Shown here piece after piece: positions 19,393 to 30,281 of a stretch of DNA of 64,000 bases. Every line of letters begins with the position of its first letter. The stretch's first letter is position 1. The notes under the pieces were generated by a model, which ran no database searches, was not told the origin of the DNA, and saw only the letters and a program-made list of their open reading frames with translations. The DNA comes from Chitinophagales bacterium (GTDB lineage Bacteria; Bacteroidota; Bacteroidia; Chitinophagales; LD1). The translations under genes were made by a program, and so were the position numbers. The stretch is taken from positions 1,854,329 through 1,918,328 of the forward strand of contig JAXLUM010000001.1 in the NCBI GenBank assembly GCA_046329515.1, read 5' to 3'.

Positions 19393-19516
19393 AAATATAG
19401 AAACTGTTGCCAATTTTCCGCTTCGCCTCAATAGAATTTGTGTTTAATTACTGTTTATGGCATAAGCTACCAAAACAGCCAAATAGGTATAAATTAGCCG
19501 CCCGTTAAATATCACT

Positions 19517-21160
19517 ATGGCTACAAGCAATATAAACTTAGAGCATAACAAGAACGAAGATGCAATGAAGCTGGCATTATCGGACCTGCGACGCACTACC
19601 GACCAGATTAAACTGGGCGGAGGTAAAAAGAGCATAGAAAAACATAAAGAGAAAGGTAAACTGACTGCGCGCGAACGCATTGAGTTATTGTTTGACAAGG
19701 GCAAGCCTACCCTGGAAATTGGGGAGTTAGCAGCCTATGGCATGTATGAAGAGCAAGGTGGTTGCCCTTCAGCCGGTGTGGTGGTGCAGTTGGGTTATAT
19801 AAAAGGCCGTTTGTGTATTGTAGTTGCAAATGATGCTACAGTAAAAGCGGGTGCCTGGTTTCCAATGACGGCAAAGAAGAATTTGCGCGCACAGGAAATT
19901 GCAATAGAAAACCGCTTACCTATAATTTACCTGGTAGATAGCGCCGGTGCATTTTTACCAATGCAGGATGAGGTTTTTCCTGATAAGGAAAACTTCGGCC
20001 GCATATTCTACAACAACTCTATAATGAGTTCAATGGGCATACCGCAAATTGCCGCTATTATGGGCAGTTGTGTTGCCGGTGGTGCTTACCTGCCGATACT
20101 AAGTGATGAAGCACTGATTGTTGAAGGAACAGGTTCGGTATTTCTTGCGGGTAGTTATTTAGTAAAGAGCGCTATTGGCGAGGATATTGACAACGAATCT
20201 TTAGGGGGCGCTACAACACATTGCGAAATTTCAGGCGTTACGGATTACAAAATGAAGAACGATGAGGAGTGCCTGAAAACTATCCGCAACATTGTAGACA
20301 AATACGGCAAGCCCGATTATGCAGGTTTTGACCGCATTGAATCTATTGCACCAAAATTAAATCCGCAGGAGTTATACGGCCTTATACCAACTGACCTTGG
20401 CAAGCAGTATGATATGCACGAGTTGATCTACCGTTTGGTAGACAATTCAGAAATTGAAGAGTATAAGGAGGGCTACGGCCAGTCAATTGTTTGTTGTTAT
20501 GCGCGCATTGACGGCTGGGCAGTAGGCATTGTAGCCAACCAGCGCAAAGTGGTTAAGAGCAAGAAAGGTGAAATGCAGTTTGGCGGTGTTATTTACAGTG
20601 ATAGCGCTGATAAAGCCGCGCGCTTTATTATGAACTGCAATCAGAAGAAAATTCCTTTGGTGTTTTTGCAGGATGTTACCGGCTTTATGGTAGGCAGCCG
20701 CAGCGAGCAAGGCGGAATAATTAAGGATGGTGCTAAAATGGTAAATGCCGTTTCTAATTCAGTAGTGCCTAAATTTACTATTGTGGTAGGCAACAGCTTT
20801 GGCGCGGGTAACTATGCTATGTGCGGTAAAGCTTACGGCCCGCGTTTAATTTACGCATGGCCAACCAGCCGCATTGCGGTAATGGGTGGCGACCAGGCTG
20901 CTAAAACCTTGTTGCAAATACAGGTTAGTGCCATGAAAGCCAAAGGCGAAGAATTGGGTGCAGAAAAGGAAAAGGAATTGCTGGATAAAATCTCTTCAAA
21001 ATATAAGGCCACTATGGACCCTAAGTATGGCGCAGCCCGCCTGTGGACCGATGGCATTATAGACCCAACAGAAACCCGTAAGGTAATTTCTATGGGTATT
21101 GAGGCAGCCAATCACGCCCCTATAACCAAACAGTTTAACGTAGGCATCATCCAAACCTAG
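19517..21160 (+). CDS. Acyl-CoA carboxylase carboxyltransferase subunit (methylcrotonyl-CoA/propionyl-CoA carboxylase beta-like)
   Basis: The 547-aa product begins GGGKKSIEKHKEKGKLTARERIELLFD and has tandem carboxyltransferase N and C halves (VANDATVKAGAW; GSCVAGGAY; FLQDVTGFMVG). Confidence 0.9.
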   Translation: MATSNINLEHNKNEDAMKLALSDLRRTTDQIKLGGGKKSIEKHKEKGKLTARERIELLFDKGKPTLEIGELAAYGMYEEQGGCPSAGVVVQLGYIKGRLCIVVANDATVKAGAWFPMTAKKNLRAQEIAIENRLPIIYLVDSAGAFLPMQDEVFPDKENFGRIFYNNSIMSSMGIPQIAAIMGSCVAGGAYLPILSDEALIVEGTGSVFLAGSYLVKSAIGEDIDNESLGGATTHCEISGVTDYKMKNDEECLKTIRNIVDKYGKPDYAGFDRIESIAPKLNPQELYGLIPTDLGKQYDMHELIYRLVDNSEIEEYKEGYGQSIVCCYARIDGWAVGIVANQRKVVKSKKGEMQFGGVIYSDSADKAARFIMNCNQKKIPLVFLQDVTGFMVGSRSEQGGIIKDGAKMVNAVSNSVVPKFTIVVGNSFGAGNYAMCGKAYGPRLIYAWPTSRIAVMGGDQAAKTLLQIQVSAMKAKGEELGAEKEKELLDKISSKYKATMDPKYGAARLWTDGIIDPTETRKVISMGIEAANHAPITKQFNVGIIQT

Positions 21161-21269
21161 TCGGGTTATCGTTAAAAACGTTTAAGCCCGATGGTTAGCC
21201 GCAATGAGAACGACTGTAAAACGTAATCATTAAGGCATTTTATTTATCTTTAGAATAATAATCCCCCCA

Positions 21270-21821
21270 ATGAAAAAAGGACTTATTGCTGCATTTGTTG
21301 TTACGCTGGCCATTTTAGGTTATGCCTTTAAAAGACCTGCCTCAGCCCCTGCTGCGGATACTATAAAGTGGATGAGCTGGGAAGAAGTGCAACAGGCACA
21401 GAAAAAGCAACCCCGCAAAATTTTTGTTGACGTGTACACTGAATGGTGTGGCTGGTGTAAGCGTATGGATGCTACCACTTTTACCAATAAGGATATTGTA
21501 AGCTACATTAACAATAACTACTACGCAGTAAAGTTTGATGCAGAAACACGTTCCACTATCAACTTCCATGGTAAGGATTATAAGTATGTGCCCTCAGGCT
21601 ACCGTGGTTACAATGAGTTGGCTGCTGAATTACTGCAAGGCCAGTTAAGCTATCCTACAGGAGTTTACTTAGACGAGAACCTGGAAATAATTACCATCAC
21701 CCCTGGCTACCAGGAACCAAAGCAGTTTGAGCAAATCATCAACTTTATTTCTACCGGCTCCTACAAAACGGTAAGCTTTGATGATTACATCCGCAGCTTT
21801 AACGGCAAGGTTCAGGATTAA
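21270..21821 (+). CDS. Thioredoxin-fold protein (DUF255/thioredoxin-like), secreted
   Basis: The 183-aa product has a signal/anchor sequence and a CxxC motif (WCGWCKRM). Confidence 0.8.
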   Translation: MKKGLIAAFVVTLAILGYAFKRPASAPAADTIKWMSWEEVQQAQKKQPRKIFVDVYTEWCGWCKRMDATTFTNKDIVSYINNNYYAVKFDAETRSTINFHGKDYKYVPSGYRGYNELAAELLQGQLSYPTGVYLDENLEIITITPGYQEPKQFEQIINFISTGSYKTVSFDDYIRSFNGKVQD

Positions 21822-21933
21822 GAGCTTCTCTCCCGCTTCAATTCATATCATATTAATTGCTTTATATCTCTACAATATTAAGCTTGTACAGGCATACAAT
21901 ACACTAAAAGATTTCCTGTAAAGAGTAGATTGA

Positions 21934-23340
21934 TTACAGCAAGTTGGCTACTGATGGGAACACGCCAAACACTAACGAAAGCACCACACATATACCAATA
22001 ACAACGGCATAAGATGGGTTAATGCTGAACTCAGGTTCGTTACCTTCTTTGGTATACATGGCCAGAATAACTTTGAAGTAATAGTAAACACCAATGATAG
22101 AGTTAACCACTGCAAACACCGTTAACCACAGGTGGCCGTTTTTAATAGCCTCGGTAAAAATGTAATACTTACCAAAGAAGCCCGCGAAAGGCGGTATACC
22201 TGCCATAGAAAGCATGGCCATGGTTAAAGCTGCGGCCAGCATAGGCTTGCGCTTGCCTAAGCCGTTAAAGGCTTCAAACTTATCGGAACGCAGATTGTTA
22301 GAAACTACTATAGCTACTGCAAAGGCAGCGATGGTAGATAAACCATACGCCAATGAATAATAGAATATAGCGCCGTCTGTATTGCCATAAGCGCTTATTA
22401 TGCCCAGCATTAAGTAGCCGGCATGCGATACACCTGAAAAGGCCAGCATGCGCTTAAATGAATCCTGGTTAAGTGCGCTTAAGTTGCCTACCAGTATAGT
22501 TAAAGCAGTAATGGATGAAAGAACCCATGCGTAGGTTGGCATAGCCAGCACAAGACTAACGTTCAATAAACGGTAGAAAGCGGCAAAGGCAGCAATTTTA
22601 GCTACTGAAGCCATTAAGGTGGTTACCAGTGTTGGAGAACCTTCATACACATCGGGCGCCCAAAAGTGGAAGGGTGCTGCTGATACTTTAAACAGCATAC
22701 CGATAAGCATCATGCCTGAACCGATATAGAACAAAGCAGATGGATGCTGATTTGCGGCAAAGAAACGAATGCGCTCTAAATCAAATGCACTACGGCCTAT
22801 TATACCGTCAACAGTTGGTATTTGAGAAGAAACATCACCGTAAATTAAAGCCAGACCGAACAACAAAACGCCCGATGCAAAGCTTCCCATAAGGAAATAC
22901 TTCATACCGGCTTCGTTACTGCGCAGTTCTTTCTTTTTGCTGCCTGCTAATACATATAGAGAGATAGACAGAATTTCGAGACCTAAGAAAAACATAGCCA
23001 GGTTACCATAGCTTACTAAAGCAATGGCGCCTGCCAGGGTGAAAACGATAATGGCAACAAAGTCGCTTATTTTGGCTTGCTCGCTTTTATAAAAGTCGCC
23101 GGCTAAAACAACCAGCAAAGCGCCCAGTAAAAGAATTAAACCTGAGAAAGCAATGCTGAAGTTGTCAATCATCAGCATGTTGTGGTAATAACTTTCGTTT
23201 GTACCCCAGCTATACACATTTGCGCCGAAAATGGCCAACAGGCCAACAACAGCCAAAGGCACGATGAACCTGCGCAGATTTGCCATCTCTGCAAGCATGC
23301 AAACCACGCCTAAAACCGATGTATATATTAAGGTCTTCAT
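21934..23340 (-). CDS. nuoN: NADH-quinone oxidoreductase subunit N
   Basis: The 468-aa polytopic antiporter-like subunit is last in the nuo gene order. Confidence 0.9.
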   Translation of the reverse strand: MKTLIYTSVLGVVCMLAEMANLRRFIVPLAVVGLLAIFGANVYSWGTNESYYHNMLMIDNFSIAFSGLILLLGALLVVLAGDFYKSEQAKISDFVAIIVFTLAGAIALVSYGNLAMFFLGLEILSISLYVLAGSKKKELRSNEAGMKYFLMGSFASGVLLFGLALIYGDVSSQIPTVDGIIGRSAFDLERIRFFAANQHPSALFYIGSGMMLIGMLFKVSAAPFHFWAPDVYEGSPTLVTTLMASVAKIAAFAAFYRLLNVSLVLAMPTYAWVLSSITALTILVGNLSALNQDSFKRMLAFSGVSHAGYLMLGIISAYGNTDGAIFYYSLAYGLSTIAAFAVAIVVSNNLRSDKFEAFNGLGKRKPMLAAALTMAMLSMAGIPPFAGFFGKYYIFTEAIKNGHLWLTVFAVVNSIIGVYYYFKVILAMYTKEGNEPEFSINPSYAVVIGICVVLSLVFGVFPSVANLL

Positions 23341-24791
23341 TATCTCAAACTATAATTCAGTATTACATCCAGGCTTGGCTGAATGTATTGTAAAAACATT
23401 TTAGGGAACAAACCTATTTCGAAAATGCCAATGATAATTAAAACAAATACCGCCATCTCTGTCCAATCCAAATCAGCAAAGCCTGCCGTGGTTTCTTTGG
23501 TTTCGCCCAGCATTACAAACTGATACATGCGCAGCATATAAACAGCGCCCAAAATGATTGTTAAGCCTGCAGCTACTGCTAACCATGTGTTGTATTCGTA
23601 TACTCCATACAGCAGCAGGAACTCACCAATAAAAGCATTAGTTGTTGGTAAAGCTACACTGGCTAATACCACAATCATAAATACGGTAGCAAACTTAGGA
23701 GCCACATTGCGTATACCACCTAAAGAAGAGATAGTGTAAGTGCCCGTGCGGCGGAAGATAATTTCAGCAGCAAAGAATAAGCCTACTACGTTAAAGCCGT
23801 GTGCGAACATTTGCACTACAGCGCCCTCAAAACCTTCGCGGGTTAAACTGAAAATACCGGCGCTTATTAAACCTACGTGCGCAAATGAAGAATAAGCCAA
23901 CAGGCGCTTTAAGTCGTCCTGCTTAATGGCAATAATTGAACCGTAAATAACACCTACAACGCTTAAAGCAATTACTAATGGGGTCCAGGTAAATACGCCA
24001 TGCGGTAATACCGGTAACAACCAGCGCAACAAGGCATATAAACCCATTTTAAGCATTATACCGGCAAGCAGCATAGTGCCCGCAGTAGGCGCTTCTTTAT
24101 ACGTTTCAGGCTGCCAGGTATGGAAAGGGAAGATTGGAATTTTGATAGCAAAGGCGACAAAGAAGGCCCAGAACAAAATGTTCTGCTGGGTATCGCTAAG
24201 ATTAAGTTTGTAAAGCTGTGAAGTGCTAAAGCCCCCTGCCTGCATATACAGGTAGATAAAGCCGATAAGCATGAACAGGGAACCTGCTAAAGTGTAGATA
24301 AAGAATTTAAAAATAGCACGGCTGCGGAACTCCTTATCTTTGTTTTCACCCCACAATAAAGCGATGAAGTAGATTGGAATAAGCGCTATCTCCCAGAACA
24401 GGTAGAACAGGAAACCATCGGCTGCCATGAACACACCCAGCAGGCCAAATTCCATTAATAGAATAAGCGAATAGAATGCTTTCGCATTATCAATTTCCTT
24501 TTTAAAGGTGGTGAAGATGATAAGCGGCACCAGGAAAGTAGTAAGCGCTACTAAAACCAACGCTAGGCCATCAACACTTAAAGAGAACTGCACCATAGGA
24601 TTGGTAATCCAATCGTGCACGTAAGTTACCGGCGCAAGATGATTGCCTACCAGCGATGTTTTAATTAAGGCACAACCCACAAACGCCAGGAAACCACCAA
24701 ACAGCGCAACGTATTTAGCATAGCGGTCGCCACTGAGGTAAGTTACCAAAGCGAAAATTAAAGGCAGAAAGAGGGTTATAACTAAAAGCAT
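23340..24791 (-). CDS. nuoM: NADH-quinone oxidoreductase subunit M
   Basis: The 483-aa antiporter-like subunit contains HTWQPETYKEAPTAG, and its position in the operon fits. Confidence 0.9.
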   Translation of the reverse strand: MLLVITLFLPLIFALVTYLSGDRYAKYVALFGGFLAFVGCALIKTSLVGNHLAPVTYVHDWITNPMVQFSLSVDGLALVLVALTTFLVPLIIFTTFKKEIDNAKAFYSLILLMEFGLLGVFMAADGFLFYLFWEIALIPIYFIALLWGENKDKEFRSRAIFKFFIYTLAGSLFMLIGFIYLYMQAGGFSTSQLYKLNLSDTQQNILFWAFFVAFAIKIPIFPFHTWQPETYKEAPTAGTMLLAGIMLKMGLYALLRWLLPVLPHGVFTWTPLVIALSVVGVIYGSIIAIKQDDLKRLLAYSSFAHVGLISAGIFSLTREGFEGAVVQMFAHGFNVVGLFFAAEIIFRRTGTYTISSLGGIRNVAPKFATVFMIVVLASVALPTTNAFIGEFLLLYGVYEYNTWLAVAAGLTIILGAVYMLRMYQFVMLGETKETTAGFADLDWTEMAVFVLIIIGIFEIGLFPKMFLQYIQPSLDVILNYSLR

Positions 24792-24794
24792 AAA

Positions 24795-26699
24795 CTATCT
24801 TACAATAAAGGCCCAGGCAAAAAATACAATTATACTTATTACCATAGCCAGCAGGTAAAAACCAATGTAGCCGCTTTGCAGCTTGCGTAGTTGGTTACCA
24901 AACATCAATGAAATTCTTCCGCTCCAGTTTACGATACCATCTACAAACAACACATCTAAAATGCTGTAGCCAATTTCACTTGCTTTAAGCAGCGGCTTAA
25001 CTACCAGCGTATCATAAAGTTCATCAATGTAATACTTGTGATAAACCAGTTTACCAATGCCGCTCTCTTCGCCATCGTTTGCAGGCATATTTTTCTTGCT
25101 TACATACATTACATAAGCGGTAACAATAGAAACTATAGCCACTGTAGTAGCAATGCCCATCAACATTAATTCAGTAGATGCGGAACCTTCATGGCCTTCA
25201 GCATGGGCAGGTATTGACGCTTCAAATACCGGTGCAAGGAAACCCTTTAACCAGTGTTGTGCGTGGAATACTTCCGGTATACCCATTATGCCACCAGCCA
25301 CTGCTAATAGTGCCAGAACAATAAGTGGGAAAGTGATTACAAAGGGAGATTCATGCAGATGATGTTTCTCTTCCTCTGTTCCGCGGAATTCACCGGTAAA
25401 GGTTAGGAATACTAAACGGAACATATAGAAGGCTGTAAGCAATGAAGCCAGTGAGCCTACTGCCCATAACACCTTGTTATGTTCGTAAGCAGCAGCTAAA
25501 ATTTCATCCTTACTAAAGAAACCGCTTAAAGGGAAAATTCCGGATATAGCCAAAGACGATAACAGGAATGTCCAGAAGGTTATAGGCATCCATTTGCGCA
25601 GGCCGCCCATTTTGCGAATATCCTGTTGGCCATGTAAAGCATGTATAACAGAACCTGAGCCGAGGAATAAGCAAGCCTTAAAGAAGGCGTGTGTAATAAC
25701 GTGGAAAACACCTGTGCTGAAAGCACCAACACCAAGTGCCATAAACATTAAGCCCAACTGCGATACTGTTGAGTAAGCCAACACTTTCTTAATATCATTT
25801 TGCAGCACGCCAATGGTTGCAGCAAACAGCGCTGTTACGGCACCTACTACAGCTACTACATGCATAGTTTCCGGAGCCAACACAAACAGGAAGTGCGCAC
25901 GGCTTAACATGTAAATACCTGCCGTAACCATGGTTGCAGCGTGGATAAGCGCAGATACAGGTGTAGGGCCGGCCATTGCATCAGGCAACCAGGTATATAA
26001 AGGTATTTGTGCACTCTTACCAATAGCGCCCACAAACAGTAACAAGGTTATAGTTACAATAAGCGTATGGTTGATTTCGCCGGCCATTAAGTTCTTTTGA
26101 ACAGTGGCAAAATGCAACGAGTGGAAGTTGTAAAGAATAAGGAACATGCCCATCAAAAAGCCAAGGTCCCCAATGCGGTTCATTACAAAAGCCTTTTTAG
26201 CTGCGTTGTTGTAATCCTGGTTTTTAAACCAGAAACCGATAAGCAGGTATGAGCAGAGGCCTACACCTTCCCAACCTATAAAGGTTACCAGGAAGTTATT
26301 GCCCAATACCAGAATAAGCATGAAGAAGATGAACAGGTTGAGATATGAGAAGAAGGTATGGAACTTCTCATCATCGTGCATATAACCTATAGAGTAAACG
26401 TGGATAAGGAAACCGATGCCGGTAACAATCATCAGCCACATAACACTTAGCTGGTCGGCCAATAAACCGAAGCTGATGTCCATGTCGCCAAACTGAATCC
26501 AATCGTAAACGTTTACATCAATAGCTTTTGCTGAACCGTTTAAGAAGCCCATAAAAAGCGTGGCAGATAAAACGAATGAACCGAAAATGGTAGCCGAGCC
26601 AATTACACCAGAAACCGTTTTAGGCAGTTTTTTGCCCACAAGGGCATTAACCAGAAAACCGGCAAGAGGTAAAAGGATTATTATTAAAAGACTAACCAT
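24795..26699 (-). CDS. nuoL: NADH-quinone oxidoreductase subunit L
   Basis: The 634-aa product contains WLPDAMAGPTPVSALIHAATMV and a long C-terminal extension typical of NuoL. Confidence 0.95.
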   Translation of the reverse strand: MVSLLIIILLPLAGFLVNALVGKKLPKTVSGVIGSATIFGSFVLSATLFMGFLNGSAKAIDVNVYDWIQFGDMDISFGLLADQLSVMWLMIVTGIGFLIHVYSIGYMHDDEKFHTFFSYLNLFIFFMLILVLGNNFLVTFIGWEGVGLCSYLLIGFWFKNQDYNNAAKKAFVMNRIGDLGFLMGMFLILYNFHSLHFATVQKNLMAGEINHTLIVTITLLLFVGAIGKSAQIPLYTWLPDAMAGPTPVSALIHAATMVTAGIYMLSRAHFLFVLAPETMHVVAVVGAVTALFAATIGVLQNDIKKVLAYSTVSQLGLMFMALGVGAFSTGVFHVITHAFFKACLFLGSGSVIHALHGQQDIRKMGGLRKWMPITFWTFLLSSLAISGIFPLSGFFSKDEILAAAYEHNKVLWAVGSLASLLTAFYMFRLVFLTFTGEFRGTEEEKHHLHESPFVITFPLIVLALLAVAGGIMGIPEVFHAQHWLKGFLAPVFEASIPAHAEGHEGSASTELMLMGIATTVAIVSIVTAYVMYVSKKNMPANDGEESGIGKLVYHKYYIDELYDTLVVKPLLKASEIGYSILDVLFVDGIVNWSGRISLMFGNQLRKLQSGYIGFYLLAMVISIIVFFAWAFIVR

Positions 26700-26705
26700 T
26701 TAATT

Positions 26706-27035
26706 CTACCACTTTAAATTTTTCAACTCGTCAATATCCACGGAGTGTACATTGCGGAAAATAGTAACCAGTATAGCCAAACCTACTGCCACTTCAGCAG
26801 CAGCCACGGCCATAATAAAGAATACGAACACCTGACCGCTTGCATCATTGTTGTATGATGAAAAAGCAACCAGCAAAAGGTTAACTGAGTTAAGCATAAG
26901 CTCAATGCTCATAAACATGATAATGGCATTGCGGCGGAATAATACTCCTGCCACACCTATACAAAACAACGCTGCGCTTAATACTACATAGTATTGCACC
27001 GGCACTGTCTGAAATATGTTTAACAGTGGGCTCAT
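26706..27035 (-). CDS. nuoK: NADH-quinone oxidoreductase subunit K
   Basis: The 109-aa product has three TM helices and [11 protein letters not shown]. Confidence 0.9.
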   Translation of the reverse strand: MSPLLNIFQTVPVQYYVVLSAALFCIGVAGVLFRRNAIIMFMSIELMLNSVNLLLVAFSSYNNDASGQVFVFFIMAVAAAEVAVGLAILVTIFRNVHSVDIDELKNLKW

Positions 27036-27541
27036 GAGGCGGCTTGCGTTTTATCTTTCTTTGCTAATAACACGGCACCAATCATGGCGCTTAAAAACAA
27101 TACAGAAGCAAATTCAAAAGGGAAGAAATATTCATCTAACAATACCTTACCCAGGTTTTGAATAGTGCCTATGGTAGGATCATTATAATAATAGTTCGTT
27201 GTTATGTCTACCCGGCGCAAAATGGCAACCAATACAAGTAACAGAATTCCACCGGCCAATACTGCAGCTATACGTGCAATTGCGGGCTTGTGCTTCTCCG
27301 TTTCTTCGTTAAGGTTCATAAGCATTAGTGTAAACAGGAAAAGCACCATAATGGCCCCTGCGTATACTATAATGTGAACCACTGCCAGAAACTGAGCATT
27401 CATAAGCAGGTAATGGCCTGCAATGGAAAAGAAGCAGCCAATTAAGAAAAGCACTGAATGGACAGGATTGCGGGAGAACACAGTCATAAGACCGCAGAAA
27501 ACCGCTACAATGCTTAGAAAAATGAATAAGTAAAACGTCAC
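27032..27541 (-). CDS. nuoJ: NADH-quinone oxidoreductase subunit J
   Basis: The 169-aa membrane subunit contains [10 protein letters not shown] and [17 protein letters not shown]. Confidence 0.9.
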   Translation of the reverse strand: MTFYLFIFLSIVAVFCGLMTVFSRNPVHSVLFLIGCFFSIAGHYLLMNAQFLAVVHIIVYAGAIMVLFLFTLMLMNLNEETEKHKPAIARIAAVLAGGILLLVLVAILRRVDITTNYYYNDPTIGTIQNLGKVLLDEYFFPFEFASVLFLSAMIGAVLLAKKDKTQAAS

Positions 27542-27542
27542 T

Positions 27543-28076
27543 TTATTTCTTCGTATTTTCAGGCTTATCCTCTAAAGGCATCACCAATTTGTTCTTACCG
27601 TAAATAAAACCTTCGCGCTGGTAATCTGCCGGTGCTAATTCTTCCGTTAAGAAGATAGCTTCCTTTGGGCAGGCTTCCTCGCACAATCCGCAGAAAATGC
27701 AGCGCAGCATATTAATTTCATAAGTGCTGGCATACTTTTCTTCACGGTATAAATTCTCCTCTCCTTTTTTGCGTTCAGCTGAAGTCATTGTAATGGCCTC
27801 AGCAGGGCATGATAATGCACAAAGGCCACAAGCCGTGCAACGCTCAGCGCCGTTTTCATCACGCATTAAAATATGACGGCCACGCCAAACAGGTGAAAGT
27901 TCACGCTTTTGTTCGGGGTATTGAATTGTAACCTTCTTGCTAAAGAAATGGCGCAACGTTATACCCATACCTTTGGCAATTGCCGGTATGTATAACTTCT
28001 CCATAAAGGTCATATCCTTGTTCGATACGTCCTTCTTTCTTCCGGAGAGCGATATGTTTTTAAAATCGGTGGCCAT
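27543..28076 (-). CDS. nuoI: NADH-quinone oxidoreductase subunit I
   Basis: Two 4Fe-4S ferredoxin motifs are present: CTACGLCALSCP and CIFCGLCEEACP. Confidence 0.95.
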   Translation of the reverse strand: MATDFKNISLSGRKKDVSNKDMTFMEKLYIPAIAKGMGITLRHFFSKKVTIQYPEQKRELSPVWRGRHILMRDENGAERCTACGLCALSCPAEAITMTSAERKKGEENLYREEKYASTYEINMLRCIFCGLCEEACPKEAIFLTEELAPADYQREGFIYGKNKLVMPLEDKPENTKK

Positions 28077-28158
28077 TTTTAAAAAAGCGTTGCAAAAATA
28101 TTTTTATTCAGAAATTATCACTGTTATTATCTCTCTATTGCTAAATCAATTTTCAACA

Positions 28159-29223
28159 TTAGTTCTGTGTAACTATTATAACAGCGCCTGTTATAATAAT
28201 ATTCAACATACTCAGCGGTATTAATGCTTTCCAACCCAGGTCCATTAACTGATCGTAACGGAAACGAGGGACTGTCCAACGGACCCACATAAAAAAGAAG
28301 ATGAAGAACAGGGTTTTAGCAAACATTACGGCAAAGCCAATAAGTGTTTCGGCATTGCCGCCAATGTGCGTTCCAACCCAATCCATACCCGGGTAATTAA
28401 AGCCGCCAAAAAATACGGCAGACATAATAGCCCCTGAAATGAACATATTGATATACTCTGCAAACAGATAGAAGCCCAGCTTCATTGAAGAGTATTCAGT
28501 ATGGTAACCACCAATCAATTCCGATTCACACTCTGGTAAGTCAAAAGGTGTTCTGTTGGTTTCGGCAAAAGCGCAAATTAAAAAGATGATAAAGGCCAAC
28601 GGTTGTTTGAATACATTCCATGAAAGCCAAGGAAATTTACCGCCCCAATCAATAAAGCCGTGTTGTTGGTGTGTAATTTCGCGCAAGCTCAACGTTCCGC
28701 TCATCATTAAAATGGCAATTATAGATAAGCCCATTGCCACTTCATAAGAAATCATTTGCGAAGAGGCACGCACAGCGCCTAACAAAGAGTATTTGTTGTT
28801 AGAAGCCCAGCCACCAATCATAATACCATAAACACCTATTGAAACAACGCCAAACACAAACAGCACAGCGATGTTTATGTCAGCAGCCTGTAACTGCACT
28901 TCGCGGCCCATTATTGTCAGTGTATCACCCCAAGGGACAACAGCGCTTGTAATAAGCGCGGTGGTCATAAACAAAAACGGACCCAGGATAAACAGGAACT
29001 TGTTTGGTGTATCAGGAATGAAATCTTCCTTGGTAAACATTTTTACACCGTCGGCTAATGGTTGTAATAAACCCAGCGGGCCTGCACGGTTAGGGCCAAG
29101 GCGGTCCTGGAAATAAGCCGCAAACACGCGCTCGCCTAATGTGCTATATAAAGCCACTAACATAGTGATAGCGAATACCACTAAAATGACTCCAAATTTT
29201 TCAACAAAATATGCTAACTCCAT
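28159..29223 (-). CDS. nuoH: NADH-quinone oxidoreductase subunit H
   Basis: The 354-aa product contains FQDRLGPNRAGPLGLLQP and AETNRTPFDLPE. Confidence 0.95.
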   Translation of the reverse strand: MELAYFVEKFGVILVVFAITMLVALYSTLGERVFAAYFQDRLGPNRAGPLGLLQPLADGVKMFTKEDFIPDTPNKFLFILGPFLFMTTALITSAVVPWGDTLTIMGREVQLQAADINIAVLFVFGVVSIGVYGIMIGGWASNNKYSLLGAVRASSQMISYEVAMGLSIIAILMMSGTLSLREITHQQHGFIDWGGKFPWLSWNVFKQPLAFIIFLICAFAETNRTPFDLPECESELIGGYHTEYSSMKLGFYLFAEYINMFISGAIMSAVFFGGFNYPGMDWVGTHIGGNAETLIGFAVMFAKTLFFIFFFMWVRWTVPRFRYDQLMDLGWKALIPLSMLNIIITGAVIIVTQN

Positions 29224-29225
29224 GT

Positions 29226-30281
29226 TTAGTTCCCGTCGCTTAAAGTTTGTTCCGGAGTATTTGTTCCATTCATGCTAATGGCCTTTCTGTCTTCCGTACG
29301 ACCTTTTAAAAGGCGCGGGTCAGCATCAATTTCCACTTCCTCTTTAGCCAGCATGTATTTGTTAGAGTTAATAACGCTCCACTTCTCCATTTTGCGCATG
29401 CCTTCAACAGTCCAATCTGCTAAGTTTTTATGCTCAAAGCGGCATTCATTACAAATGTATTCCGGCTTACCTTCTGCATTACTTTCTACTTCATGGTAAA
29501 CATCTTTACGCGCAGTAACGCGGTAAACATCTTTACCAAAAGTCCATAAGGTAACTTTACCGCAGCATTTAGTGCAATTGCGGTGCGCATCTAAAGGCTT
29601 TAAAAACCACACGCGCGATTTAAAGCGGAATGTTTTATCAGTTAAAGCGCCTACCGGGCAAACATCAATCATGTTTCCGCTGAATTCATTCTCAACCGCA
29701 TTTTGAATGTAGGTTGAAATTTCAGCAGCATCACCACGGTTCATAATACCATGCACACGCTTAGGTGTAAGCTGGTCGGCCACATAAGTGCAACGGTAGC
29801 ATAAAATACAACGGTTCATGTGTAGTTGTATCTTATCGCCTATATCAATTCTATCAAAGGTTCTTCTTTCCTCCTGGTAACGGGTTTTGGCAACACCGTA
29901 ATCAAAGCCCAGGTTTTGTAAATCACACTCACCTGCCTGGTCGCAAATAGGGCAATCCAAAGGGTGGTTGATTAATAGAAACTCTACAACCCCTTTGCGC
30001 ATATCCTGCACCTTAGGGCTGGTCATGTTCTTCACTTCCATACCGTCAGCTACCGGTGTGCAGCAACTTGCCTGCAATTTAGGCATTGGGTTAGGGTTAG
30101 CATCGCTGCCTTTGCTGATTTCAACCAGGCACACACGGCATTTGCCTCCACTACCCTTTAATTTGGAATAGTAGCACATAGCAGGCGGCACTAAATCGCC
30201 ACCAATTTTGCGGGCTGCGTTTAATATGGTTGTCCCAGGTTCTACTTCAACTGTAACACCATCTATTGTTACCTTGGGCAT
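29226..30281 (-). CDS. nuoG: NADH-quinone oxidoreductase subunit G, short form (Fe-S N-terminal domains only)
   Basis: The 351-aa product has a 2Fe-2S region (CYYSKLKGSGGKCRVC), HPLDCPICDQAGEC and CILCYRCTYV. The long molybdopterin-like C-terminal domain is absent. Confidence 0.85.
   Translation of the reverse strand: MPKVTIDGVTVEVEPGTTILNAARKIGGDLVPPAMCYYSKLKGSGGKCRVCLVEISKGSDANPNPMPKLQASCCTPVADGMEVKNMTSPKVQDMRKGVVEFLLINHPLDCPICDQAGECDLQNLGFDYGVAKTRYQEERRTFDRIDIGDKIQLHMNRCILCYRCTYVADQLTPKRVHGIMNRGDAAEISTYIQNAVENEFSGNMIDVCPVGALTDKTFRFKSRVWFLKPLDAHRNCTKCCGKVTLWTFGKDVYRVTARKDVYHEVESNAEGKPEYICNECRFEHKNLADWTVEGMRKMEKWSVINSNKYMLAKEEVEIDADPRLLKGRTEDRKAISMNGTNTPEQTLSDGN

Noticed and set aside
19212-19704. 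62-aa plus-strand and 86-aa minus-strand ORFs between fsa and the carboxyltransferase gene
   Set aside because: The first overlaps the predicted SRP RNA. The second overlaps the start of the carboxyltransferase gene and is low complexity.
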